A stretch of DNA of 63,986 nt, filler included, from Chiloscyllium plagiosum (Eukaryota), in NCBI RefSeq assembly GCF_004010195.1. It is 4 parts of one record of this genome, joined end to end, with 100 filler letters (N's around TTAATTAATTAA, not from the genome) between each part and the next. Parts side by side here need not be neighbours in the genome. Positions count along the whole stretch, not along the records: positions 1 to 26,472 come from NC_057710.1; 3 more parts are not named here. The stretch is one strand, 5' to 3'. The first letter of the stretch is position 1. The number at the start of each line of letters is the position of its first letter. A program made the translations under genes and the position numbers. Below, in pieces: positions 12,300 through 22,905 of the stretch. The notes under the pieces were generated by a model that did no database searches, had not been told where the DNA came from, and saw nothing but the letters and a program-made list of their open reading frames with translations.

Positions 12300-12572
12300 T
12301 CGTAGAATCCCTACGGCATGGAAGTAGGCCACCCAGACTAACACCCTATCCGATCCCTGTAGCACTCTATTTCCCATTGCTAATCCACCTAACTTACATA
12401 CCCCTGGACACTAATGACAATTTAGCATGGCCAATCCATCTAATCTGCACATCTTTGGACTGCGGGGGGATTCTGGACCACCCAGAGAAAACCCACACAA
12501 ACACAAGGAGAACGTGCAAAATCTACACAGACAGTCACCTGAGGGTAGTACAAAGCAGCAGTGCTAACCACT
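12300..12572 (-). mobile_element. HE1/V-SINE-type SINE
   Basis: Same head, V-domain and tail motifs as 7085-7376. Confidence 0.85.
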
Positions 12573-13000
12573 GATGATGAGGAGGGAGAAATCTGACTAA
12601 GAGCACATGGATGGCATTTGTGACCCATCACTGTATACATTAGAATTATAGGCTTAGGTCAGGCAGCAGGGTGAGTTGGGCGGTGGGATGTGAATGTTAC
12701 CTCTCGTGGTGGAAAGCGAGTCGGATTGAGAGGGGTCAGTGAAAGGTCTGGGTGGGGTATTAGGGAAGAGTAAGTGTGGGTTACAGAGGTGCAGTGTGTC
12801 GGGACAGGCAGGGAGCTGAATGGCACAGTTGGTGGATTGTAACAGGGCTCTTCGACTGTGAGATTACTCTGGCAATAGAGTGGATATTTAATCCTCTCAC
12901 CTTCTCCAGGTGAATCATCGATTTGCCCGAATCATCGATTTAAACTATTAAATATCTGAAACCTAGAACTTTAAGCAGCTTGTCCACAGGATTCTATGTG

Positions 13001-13310
13001 CTGGGGAATTCCCCAGTGGAATTCCCCATTGGGATTTTCAATTTCCCTGGCAATTCCAAAGGAGTCAGCTGTGTCAGGATTTGGGTGCAGTCCCACTGCA
13101 GCCAACATTACTGCAAAGACCAAGGGGGTTGCCTGGACAGTATCCTGGAGGTGTATTCATTGCCAACTAAAACAATCTAAGTCAAGCACTTTCCAGACAT
13201 TTTATCAGAGTTTTCATGTTGTAACTTCTTTTGGCAGCTTGTTTTAGTCTTTCCTTACAAACTGGGGTTTCAGTTTCACAGAGTCTGCGAGTATATAAAT
13301 GGGATTCTCA
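13001..13310 (+). promoter_or_regulatory. Immune-type Pol II promoter, copy 2: palindromic kB GGGGAATTCCCC (13003-13014), second kB (13017-13027), GGGATTTTCA (13031-13040), ISRE GTTTCAGTTTC (13267-13277), TATATAAA (13292-13299)
   Basis: Consensus NF-kB and ISRE motifs plus a TATA box with the same spacing as copy 1. Confidence 0.72.
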
Positions 13311-13321
13311 ACTCCCTTGCT

Positions 13322-13385
13322 CTGAGAAGTTTGCTCTTGATCAAGTCCGGCTGACTGTGAATCTACCATCATTGTCTCAGAACTG
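13322..13385 (+). other. Putative non-coding first exon, copy 2 (start inferred from TATA position)
   Basis: Ends in CTG|GTAAGT at 13385/13386; homologous to 10785-10849; no ATG. Confidence 0.6.
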
Positions 13386-14299
13386 GTAAGTACAAGTTAT
13401 CAGTGGGGAAAAGATAGTTTGTGCTTATGATCTGGTTCTAAAACTCCATTCAGTTAGAATCATCAATGAATTGAGGTAAATTAACAAAGAAAATTGTCGT
13501 GCAGTGGATATTTAAAGTTTTATTGAATTTGTAGCTATTTGCCCGAATTCCCCCATTTTTAATTATATGACATTTTTTCTCTATATGTGCATCATTAAAC
13601 AAGCATTTAGTTTAATATTTTGACTTGTACCATATTGTTCAAATGTAACTTCGTTGGTCAGAACATTGAGTATAGGAGTTGGGGTGTAATGTTCCAGCTG
13701 TACAGGATATTGGTGAGACCTCTTTTGGAATATTTCATTCAGTTCTGGTCATCCTTCTATAGGAAGGGTGTTGTTAAATTTGAGAGGGTACAGAAAAGAT
13801 TTGTTAGGATATTGCTGGGACTGGAGGGGTTGAGTTAGTGAGAGAGGCTGAGTAGGCTGGGGCTATTTTTTGCCTGGAGGGTCGGAGGCTGAGGGATGAA
13901 GTTATAGAGATCTCTTAATCATGACAGGCATGTTTAGGGTGAATAGCCAAAGTCTTTTCCCCAGGAAAGCAGCCCAAAGTTAGAAGGCATAGGTTTAAGG
14001 TGAGAAGGGAAAGATTTAAAAGGGACCTGAACCGCAACTTTTTTATACAGATGGTGGTGTGTGTATGGAATGAGCTGCCACTGGTGGAGGCTGGTACAGT
14101 GATAACATTTAAAAGGCATCTGGATGTTTCTTTGAATAGGGAGGGCTTAGAGAGGATATGGACCAAATGCTGGCAAATGGGATGAGATTATTTAGGATAC
14201 CTGGTCAGCATGGATGTGTTGGACCGAAGGGTCAGTTTCATACTCTGTGACTTTATGACTTTGTCACTATATGACTCTGGAACATTTGATTTTTATTAG

Positions 14300-14373
14300 T
14301 CAGTTAGAAGTCACGGTGTGAATGTTGCAGATGGAGGATTACACTCCTGCAATGGAAAGGCTGATGACATAAG
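14300..14373 (+). other. Candidate internal exon (alternative acceptor at 14331)
   Basis: Acceptors tttttattag|14300 or ttgcag|14331 and donor AAG|GTAACA, in a short unique island between repeats. The ATG-initiated frame stops at 14370-14372. Confidence 0.3.
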
Positions 14374-14419
14374 GTAACATGAAATAGTTTAAAGATTTTA
14401 TCTCTCTTGTCATGAAAGA

Positions 14420-14685
14420 TGGCACGGTGGTGAGCACTGCTGCCTCATGGTGCCAGGGACCCAGATTCAATGCCACCTTCAGATGACTGTGTGGAGTTTA
14501 TACGTTCTCCCCGTGTCTGTGTGGGTTTCCTGTTGGTGCTCTGCTTTCCTCTCACAGTCCAAAGATATGTGGGTCAGTCAATGGGAAAAGTGAGGTTACA
14601 GTGGGCTTGGGTGACATGCTCTTCAAGTGATCAGTGTGGAATCGATGGGCGAAATTGTGTACTTCCACACTGTAGGGATTCTATT
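14420..14685 (+). mobile_element. HE1/V-SINE-type SINE (degenerate)
   Basis: ggcacggtggtgagcactgctgcctc head, V-domain, ttccacactgtagggattct tail. Confidence 0.8.
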
Positions 14686-14789
14686 AAAGGAGAAACCCAG
14701 CAGGAGAGTTAGTGTATGTGGAGAAACAAGGTTAATATTTTGAGTAGCTATGACTTGTCCAAGTCTTGGGCAAATGTTAGGGCAGCAGT

Positions 14790-15350
14790 TCATTGTCATC
14801 AGCAAATGGAGTACAATGTGGGCAAATAGGGAATCTATTTATTTTGGAAGGGAGAACAAAAGAACGGAATACTATGTAAACAGAGAGAAACTGCAGAAAG
14901 CTGTAACACAAAGGGATGGGGGGGGGGATTTCTGCACAAGACACAGAAAGCTATCACACAGGTACAGCAGGTCATCAGGACGGCTAATGGAATGTTGGCC
15001 CTCATTTCAAGAGGGTTGGAGTATAAGAGCAGGGAAATCTGACTGTCACTGTACAAGGTGCTGGTGAGCAGGTTTGGTCGCCTTATTTAAGGAAAGATAT
15101 CATTTCATTGGAGGCAGCACAGAGAACGTTCATGAGGATGATCGAAAGAACTGCAGAAACTGGAAATCAGAAAAAACCCCAGAAATTATTGGAAAAACCC
15201 AGCAGGTCAGGCAGCATCTGTGGAGAGAAAAAATAACATTTTCGGTCCTGTTCTGGAGAAGAATCACTAGATCTGAAGCATTAACACTGTTTTCTCTCCA
15301 CAGATTCTGCCAGACCTGCTGAAGTTTTCCAGCAATTCCTGTTTTTGTTT
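14790..15350. mobile_element. CR1 RT fragment (+) followed by a palindromic Penelope-related element (about 15140-15350)
   Basis: CR1 motifs (QQVIRTANGMLALISRGLEYKS); then cagcaggtcaggcagcatctgtggagag...ctctccacagattctgccagacctgctg inverted arms. Confidence 0.65.
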
Positions 15351-16054
15351 CACGCGGATGATTCCTGGTATGAGCACACCCAGCTTGTACAGATACCATT
15401 TACTCCAGAACAAATCCTAATGCCTCGGAAATCTGAAGCCCGTTTTACAAAGCCATGTTCTCATTCGCTTAACCCTCTGTTCCCCCAAGCATATGGTATT
15501 GACAATAATGGTCGCTGCCTTGAAGTCTTGCTTTACAATCTGTTTCACTTAGTGACACCAATGTCCCTGCCATCAACTACACAACATCCTGGAGTCTTGT
15601 CTCCATCCACAAGCACACCAGCTTAAGCTGTCACATCTCCCACAACTGTCCCATTCCACTCCATTAAAAATCCGACATGTTTCAACAAAATTATCTCTCC
15701 CAGTAAGTACACTCCCAAACTGTTTAAGCTTTGCTCATCAGACAGACCCTCCATACCAGGGATTAGACTTGGCACATGCCACAGGTTGGACACTGCACTT
15801 AGCAAGCTGTCCTGCCAAACCTTAAGCTTTGTTGTGGGTTGTTTTTTGACAAATTCACTTGTGTGTAACAGGTAAATGAGAACAGTTCTCACCATTATTT
15901 ACTTTTTACATTCTAGGAGAAACTGCTCCAGGGTGTCAACAAATCAAAGCTGATTGGTTAACATATCACTGTGGAAAAGTCACCAGGAAATTGTTGGTGA
16001 TGGGGTGGATGTTTGGGCAAAATTAATTGGGGCAAGTTTGGCAGTTGGTCAGTT

Positions 16055-19000
16055 AGAGTAAGAGAGTCACGGAGATGTACAGAATGGAAACAGACCCTTC
16101 GGTCCAACTCGTCCATGCCGAGCAGATGTCCTAACCTAATCTTGTCCCACTTGCCAGCACCCAGCCCATATCCCTCTAAACCCTTCCTATTCATGTACCC
16201 ATCCAGATGCCTTTTGAAACTTACAATTGTATCAGTCTCCACCACTTTCTCTGGCAGCTCATTCCATACATGCACCACCCTCTGCATGGAAAGGTTGCCA
16301 CTTAAATCTCTTTTAAATTTTCCCCTCTCACCCTAAACCTATGCCCTCTAGTTCTGGACTCCCCCAACCCAGGGACAAGAACTTGTCTATTTATCCTATC
16401 TATGTCCCTCGTGATTTTATAAACCTCATCCTCTGACGCTCCAGGGAAAACAGCCACAGCCTATTCAACCTCTCCCTATCGCTCAAATCCTCCAACCCTG
16501 GTAACACCCTTGTAAATCTTTTCTGGAGCCTTTCAAGTTTCTCAACATCCTTCTGATAGGAAGGAGACCACAAATGCATGCAAAATTCCAAAAGTGGCCT
16601 ACCAACGTTCTGTACAGCCACAACATGACCTCCCAACTCCTGTACTCAACACTCTGATCAATAAACGAATGTATACTAAATGCCTTCTTCTCCATCCTAT
16701 GTACCTGCGACTCTACCTTCAAGGAGCTAAGAGCCTGCACTCCAAGGTCTCTTTGTTCAGCAACACTCCCTAGGACCTTACTATTAAGTGTACAAGTCCT
16801 GCTAAGATTTGCTTTCCCAAAATGCAGCACCTTGCATTTATCTGAATTAAACTTCATCTGCCACTCCTTAGGCTATTGGCTCATCTGATCAGGATCCCAT
16901 TGTAATCTGAAGTAAGTTTCTTCACTGTCCACTACACCTCCAATTTTGGTGTCATCTGCAAACTTACTAACTATACCTCCTATGTTCATGTCCAAATTAT
17001 TTCTAAATGATGAAAAGTAATGGACACAGCACTGATCCTTGTGGCACTCCACTGCTCACAGGCCTCCAGTCTGAAAAACAACCCTCCACCACCACCCTCT
17101 GTCTTCTACCTTTGAGCCAGTTCTGTATCCAAATGGCTAGTTCTCCCTGTATTCCATGAGATCTAACCTTGCTAACTAGACTCCCATGGGGAACCTTGTC
17201 GATTCCCATGGGGAATCTTATCAAAGGCCAAACTGAAGGCCACATAGATCACATCTACTGCTCTGCCCTCATCAATCCTCTTTGTTACTTCTGCAAAAAG
17301 CTCAATCAAGTTTGTGAGACATGATTTCCCATGCACAAAGCCATGTTGACTCTCCCTTGCTTTTCCAAATATGTGTAAGTCCTGTCCCTCAGGATTCCCT
17401 CCAACAACTTCCCCACCACCAACATCAGGCTCACCAGTCTATAGTTCCCTGGCTTGTCCTTACCACCTTTCTAGAATAGTGGCACCATGTTTGCCAACCT
17501 CCAGTCTTCTGGCACCTCACCTGTGACTATCAATGATACAAATATCTCAGCAAGAGGCCCAGCAATCACTTCTCTAGCTTCCCACAGAGCTCTAGGTTAT
17601 ATCTGATCAGGTCCTGGGGATTTATCTACTTTAATTCATTTCAAAACTCTTTGGATTCTCCTTAACTCTGTTTGCCAAAGCTATCTCATGTCCCCTTTTT
17701 TCCCTCCTGATTTCCCTTTTAAATATACTCCTACTTCCTTAATACTCTTCTAAGGATTCACTTGATCTATCCTGTACGGCCTTACATGTACTGCCTTCTT
17801 TTTCTGAACCAAACCCTTAATTTCTTTAGTCATCCAGCAATCCCTATATCTACCAGCCTTTCCTTTTACCCTAACAGGAATATATTGTCTCTGGATTCTT
17901 GTTATCTCATTTTTGGAGACTTCCCATTTTCCAGCCGTCCCTTTACCTGCGAACATCTGCCCCCATTCAGCTTTTGAAAATTCTTGCTTAATACCGTCAA
18001 AATTGGCCTTCCTCCAATTTAGAACTTCAACTTTTAGATCCGGTCTATCCTTTTCCATCACTATCTTAAAACTAGTAGAATTATGTTCGCTGGCCCCAAA
18101 GTGCTCCCCCACTGACACCTCAGTCACCTGCCCTGCCTTATTTGCAAGAGTAGGTCAAGTTTTGAATCAGAAATTTTTCTTGGACACACTGAACAAATTC
18201 CTCTCCAACTAAACCCTTAAATCCCAGTCTATGTTTGGAAAGCTAAAATCTCCTACCATAATCATCCTATTATTCTTACAGATAACTGAAATTTCCTGAT
18301 AAATTTGTTTCTTAGGGAGTCTAAAATACAGTCCCAATGAGGTGATCACCCCTTTCTTATTTCTCAGTTCCACCCAAACAACTTCCCTGGACTTACCCTC
18401 CCTGAGTACAACAGTAACGCTATCCCTTATCAAAAACACTACTCCCCCTCCCCTCTTGCCCCCCGCCTTTCTATCCTTCATGTAGCATTTGTATCCTGGA
18501 ACATTAAGCTGTTAGTCCTGTCCATCCCTGAGCCACTGTAATTTCTATGATATCCCAGTCCCATGTTCCCAACCATGCGCTGAGTTCATCTGCCTTCCCT
18601 GTTAGGCCTCTTGCATTGAAATGAATGCAGTTTAATTTGTCAGTCCTACCTTGTTCTCTGCTTTGTCCCTACCTGCCCTAACTGTTTGACTTTCTCCTTT
18701 TCCAACTGCATCAGTCTCAGATTGATTTCTTTCCTCACTGTCTCCCTGGGTCCCACCCCTGCACCTTACTAGTTTAAATCCTCCTGAGCAGCTCTAGTCA
18801 ATCTTCCTGCCAGTAAATTAGTCCCCTTCCAATTCGATTGCAATCCATCCTTCTTGTACAGGTCATGTCTACCTCAGAAGAGATTCTAATGATCCAAACA
18901 TGTGAAGCCTTCTCCCATACACCAGCTCCTCAGCCATGCATTCATCTGCTCTATCCTTCAACTCCTACCCTCACTAGCTCATTGCACCAGGAGTAATCCA

Positions 19001-19776
19001 GATATTACTACCCTCAAGGACCTCCTTTTTAATTCCTGCCTAACTCTCCATGTCCTCCCTTCGGAATCTGATCCTTTTCCCTTCCTATATCTTTGGTTCC
19101 AACATCTACTCTCCCCTTTGAGAACATTCTGCACCCTCTCAGAGACATCCTTGATCCTGGCACCAGGGAGGCAACACACCATTCTGATGTTTTGCTGTTG
19201 GCTGCAGAAACGTCTATCTGTACCTCTGATTAGAAAGTCCCCTATCACAATCGATCGCTCGGAACCCAACGTATCCCTCATTACATTAGAGCCTATCTTG
19301 ATACCAGAAACTTGGCTGTTTGTGCTACATTCACCTGAAAGTCTATCACCCCCGACATTTTCCAAAACAGCAATCCTGTTTGGAATGGGGATATATCCAC
19401 AGAGGACTCCTACGCTACCTGCCTACCCCTCTATCTTTCCTGGAGTTAACCCATCTATGTAACTGTATCTGGGGCTTTTCTCCCTTCCTATAACTGCCAT
19501 CCATTACAACCCCCAGGCTCTTGTAAATTCTTCATAGCTTCTATCTATCACTCCAACAGATCCATTCAATCTGATAGGATTCGCAACCAAAGATAGTTCC
19601 TGCAGACATAATCATCAGTAACACGTAAACTCTCCCTAAACTCCCACATCTGACAAGAAGAGCATATCACTCTACTAAAGGCCATTTTTGCTTCATCTGA
19701 TCCTTAGACTCAGAAAATAGCATTGTCTTATTCCCCGACAAAACACTGCTCCAGGCTAACTTAATACTTGTGGCTT
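16055..19776 (-). mobile_element. Near full-length decayed CR1 LINE: ORF1 (zinc finger plus SGNH/esterase-like domain) and ORF2 (APE endonuclease, RT)
   Basis: ORF1 IVIGDFLIRGTDRRFC...MVCCLPGARIKDV; endonuclease KRGGGVVFLIRD, MVGDFSFPNIDW, VGEHFGASEHNS; RT SGVPQGSVLCPLLF; 3' tail at about 16055. Its 5' end resumes briefly at 20503-20530. Confidence 0.93.
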
Positions 19777-20502
19777 TGTTATGGGGAAAATCACCAGTCT
19801 TGTCATCAGAGTCAGGGATCAATGACAATATTTATTGCAGAAGGAAATACTGGAGCTCCGGGTAGCCAATAGCACAGTGGTCAGCTATGATTCTTCTCTC
19901 ATCCTGGCCTACATGTCAAAATACTTGTACCTCTTGTGATACAATGGGTCAGTAATGAGATTATTGTCTTTGCATCATGGTTTGCTTATGGCAATCAGCG
20001 CAGAATTGTTGATAATTTTGATACAGTCATTGTCAGTTCCAGTGCAACCTTTGTTAATTTCAACGTGGTCGTTTTCAGTTTCAGTGCAAACACTGTCAGT
20101 TTCAATGTCTGTGCGGAAGTCCATTGCTGTAGTAATGGGCATGAATTGCTTATCCTGAGAAGATTACTGCAGCCCTGGCTATTAGCACTCTGTATTGAGT
20201 CCATATCAAACTGATAGCATTTCTATCAAAGGTGTTGGCTGGACTCAGACACTTCAGCGGGCAGTGTGCATTACTCATGTGTATTCTTTCCCCCACCCGC
20301 CTTAAACTAATCAACTAGGTTGTGAGTGCATTGTGCTGGATTCTGGTGGCCCTAGGCAGTGCCTGTGTTTGCTCTGTTGTCTCTCTCCATATTGTGGTCA
20401 GGCAGCCATCTTATGTATTAAGTGGCCAACTAATGGCTCAGTGGGCCATCTTGTGTGTCTGTGTGCCTAGTGTCACCCTGTCCAGTGCCATCTTCTACTT
20501 CA
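19777..20502 (-). mobile_element. Solo LTR-like insertion (about 726 bp) in the CR1 5' region
   Basis: TG...CA termini, near-perfect 4-bp TSD (gctt/gcta), AATAAA on minus at about 19831; the host CR1 continues on both sides. Confidence 0.65.
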
Positions 20503-20530
20503 GCTAATATTTTTATGTTTAATCAAGAGA

Positions 20531-21210
20531 CCTTGGAGTGCAGGTTCATAGTTCCTTGAAAGTAGAGTCACAGATAGATAGGATAGTGAGGAAGGAGTTT
20601 GATATGCTTTCCTTTATTGGTCAGAGTATGTAGTATAGGAGTTGGGAGGTCATGCTGCAGCTGTATAGGACATTGGTTAGGCCACTGTTGGAATAATGCG
20701 TGATCTCCTTCCTATCAGAAAGATGTTGTGAAACTTGAAAGAGTTCAGAAAAGATAGACAAGGATGTTGCCAGGGTTGGAGGATTTGAGCTGTAGGGAGA
20801 GGTTGAATAGACTGGGACTGTTTTCCCTGGAGCATCGGAGGCTGAGGGGTGACCTTATAGAGGTTTAAAAAATCATGAGGGGCATAGATAGGATAAATAG
20901 ACAAGGTCTTTTCCCTGGGATGGGGGAGTCCAGAACTAGAGGGCATAGATTTAGGTTGAGAGGGGAAAGATATAAAAGGGACAGAAGGGGCAATATTTTC
21001 ACACAGAGGGTGGTGCGTGTATGGAATGAGCTGCCAGAGGAAGTGGTGGAGGCTGGTAAAATTGTAACATTTCAAATGTACCTGGATGGGTATATGAATA
21101 GGAAGGTTTTGGAGGGATATGGGCCTAGTGTTGGCAGGTGGGACTGGATTGGTCACAATGGATGAGTTGGACTGAATGGTCTGTTTCTGTGCTGTACACC
21201 TTTATGACTT
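20531..21210 (+). mobile_element. CR1 LINE 3' fragment
   Basis: ORF MRGIDRINRQGLFPGMGESRTRGHRFRLRGERYKRDRRGNIFTQRVVRVWNELPEEVV. Confidence 0.9.
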
Positions 21211-21455
21211 TCTTTTGCAAATTTCCAAAACAATGCAACAGCATATAAAACAGCAATTAATGATCCTGGAATTCGAGGAAATCACCTCCGAGATCTAAAA
21301 TGCCTCATTCTTGCACACTAAATTCTGTATAATTTTTTTGTGAAGTAGACATTTGACCAAACACTTCAACTCTTTGGTTGTGATGCAGGATGTTCTATAT
21401 CTGAAAGAATGATTTTCTCTGGTATTAATAACATTTGTTTAAATTCTTTTAACAG

Positions 21456-21483
21456 ATAGCAGCTCAGACACTGAGATGTCCAA
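21456..21483 (+). other. Candidate 28-bp micro-exon containing ATG TCC AA
   Basis: Acceptor aattcttttaacag|, donor CAA|GTATGT, unique sequence; phase-compatible with 40371-40455. Confidence 0.3.
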
Positions 21484-21729
21484 GTATGTATACATTCATG
21501 GAACAGTGCTATGAATGCATTGGTCTGAAATGTGAATGATTTATTCATGTCTTGTTTAACATACTGACTAACATGTAGAAGGTACCTTGTAGAAAGTGAG
21601 CACTGAGTGTGACCACTCCTTGTCAGCCTTTACCTGCAACTGATCAAATATTTCTCCTCACATTCTCAAGCCATTCCACATTTTCTATCGCACTCTGTTC
21701 TATCCTTTCAATAACTTCTCCTCATTTAC

Positions 21730-22070
21730 AAAGAGGGAGCATTGAGTCTGTTGCCAGATCCAGAGACATTCCAACAAAATGTGTTCATTCCCTCATCGAG
21801 ATACACTCCAGAATAGAACAGGAAGGGTTTTCCTGTCTGATTGAGAATTGGTGAAACGATGAGTCTCGTTGGGGTGTTAAATATACTGAGAGAGTTTGAT
21901 GTTGGAATGCTGTTGTGTAGAATTGTAGCGAATACAATACACAAGATTGGAGGAGGTACAGGTGAAATGCTCTCCTTGGATGGAGAGCAGGGAGGAGGTG
22001 AAGGGGCAGGTGTTGCACCTTCTGCAGTTTTCATGGGAAGGTGCCATAGAGAGGGAGGGAGATGGTGTTA
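21730..22070 (-). mobile_element. Degenerate Penelope-like element fragment
   Basis: Resembles a PLE region (gaggaggtgaaggggcaggtgttgcaccttctgc...gggaaggtgcc); no intact ORF. Confidence 0.45.
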
Positions 22071-22085
22071 ATAACCTACATTAAT

Positions 22086-22523
22086 GTATAAGTCTAAGCA
22101 ACAGTAACTGCACTGGGCTAAGTAGTGGCCACAACATCAGAGTTTACATCATGTGATAAAGGCTCAGTGAGAAGTGAATAATAGCTGACTCCCAATGTCT
22201 TCAAAGTGAGTTACCTGAAAGGGTTAACTGACAGTGTCAAGGTCAACTCCAGCAATCAGGATATAAAGGTCTGATTCGCAGAAGAGCTGACCACTGTTAC
22301 TGTGAAGAGTTCTGGAGTTGTCTTCATGTATTAACAGAATAGCACACATTGTAACACACATCTTTCCTCACTCTTAACTACAGCTTGAGGTCTTATGAAG
22401 GATTCTCTTGTATCTCAGATGAAAGGTAATTAGCTATTGAATGATACATAATAAACTTATGTATTGTTGAACAAGATGCTGTCCAAATTGTGCCAAAGGG
22501 ATTTGTGTCGAGAGCTGGGATAC
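22086..22523 (+). mobile_element. LTR-like element, with a partial inverted second copy at 23214-23390
   Basis: TG...CA ends, TATAAA near 22262 and AATAAA near 22450; 22287-22468 is the reverse complement of 23214-23390. No clear TSD. Confidence 0.55.
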
Positions 22524-22690
22524 AAAGTAGACAAGCAGGTGACTGGGAGGACACAGCGAGCCAGGCAGCATCAGGAGGTGAAGTTGACGTTTTGGATGTA
22601 ACCCTTCTCCAGAACTGGGGGTGGAGGCAGGGGGAGCTACAGATAGAGGGGATGGCATGAGCAGGGTGGTGAATTGGGGATAGGTGAGGA

Positions 22691-22905
22691 CAGCGCTGAA
22701 AATGTGTTGCTGGAACAGCGCAGCAGGTCAGGCAGCATCCAGGGATCAGGAGAATCGACGTTTCGGGCATAAGCCCTGAAGAAGGGCTTATGCCCGAAAC
22801 GTCGATTCTCCTGATCCCTGGATGCTGCCTGACCTGCTGCGCTGTTCCAGCAACATATTTTCAGCTCTGACCTCCAGCATCTGCAGACCTCACTTTCTCC
22901 TCGAA
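22691..22905. mobile_element. Young palindromic Penelope-derived element with hammerhead core, nested in an older related copy
   Basis: About 85-bp near-perfect inverted arms centred on about 22779; TSD gataggtgagg; core CTGAAGA-A-GGGCTTATGCCC-GAAACGTC. Confidence 0.85.

Larger units (their letters stand above)
12655..14275 (+). repeat. Tandem segmental duplication, copy 2 (promoter module plus CR1 3' end)
   Basis: Homologous to 10075-11620; the CR1 part runs about 13650-14275 and ends in a tatgactttgtcactatatgactct tail. Confidence 0.92.

Noticed and set aside
14331..14373. IL-1beta-like first coding exon (MEDYTPAMER...) after a non-coding exon 1
   Set aside because: The ATG frame ends at TAA 14370-14372 before the donor, and no IL-1 domain exons were found, so the gene identity is unsupported.
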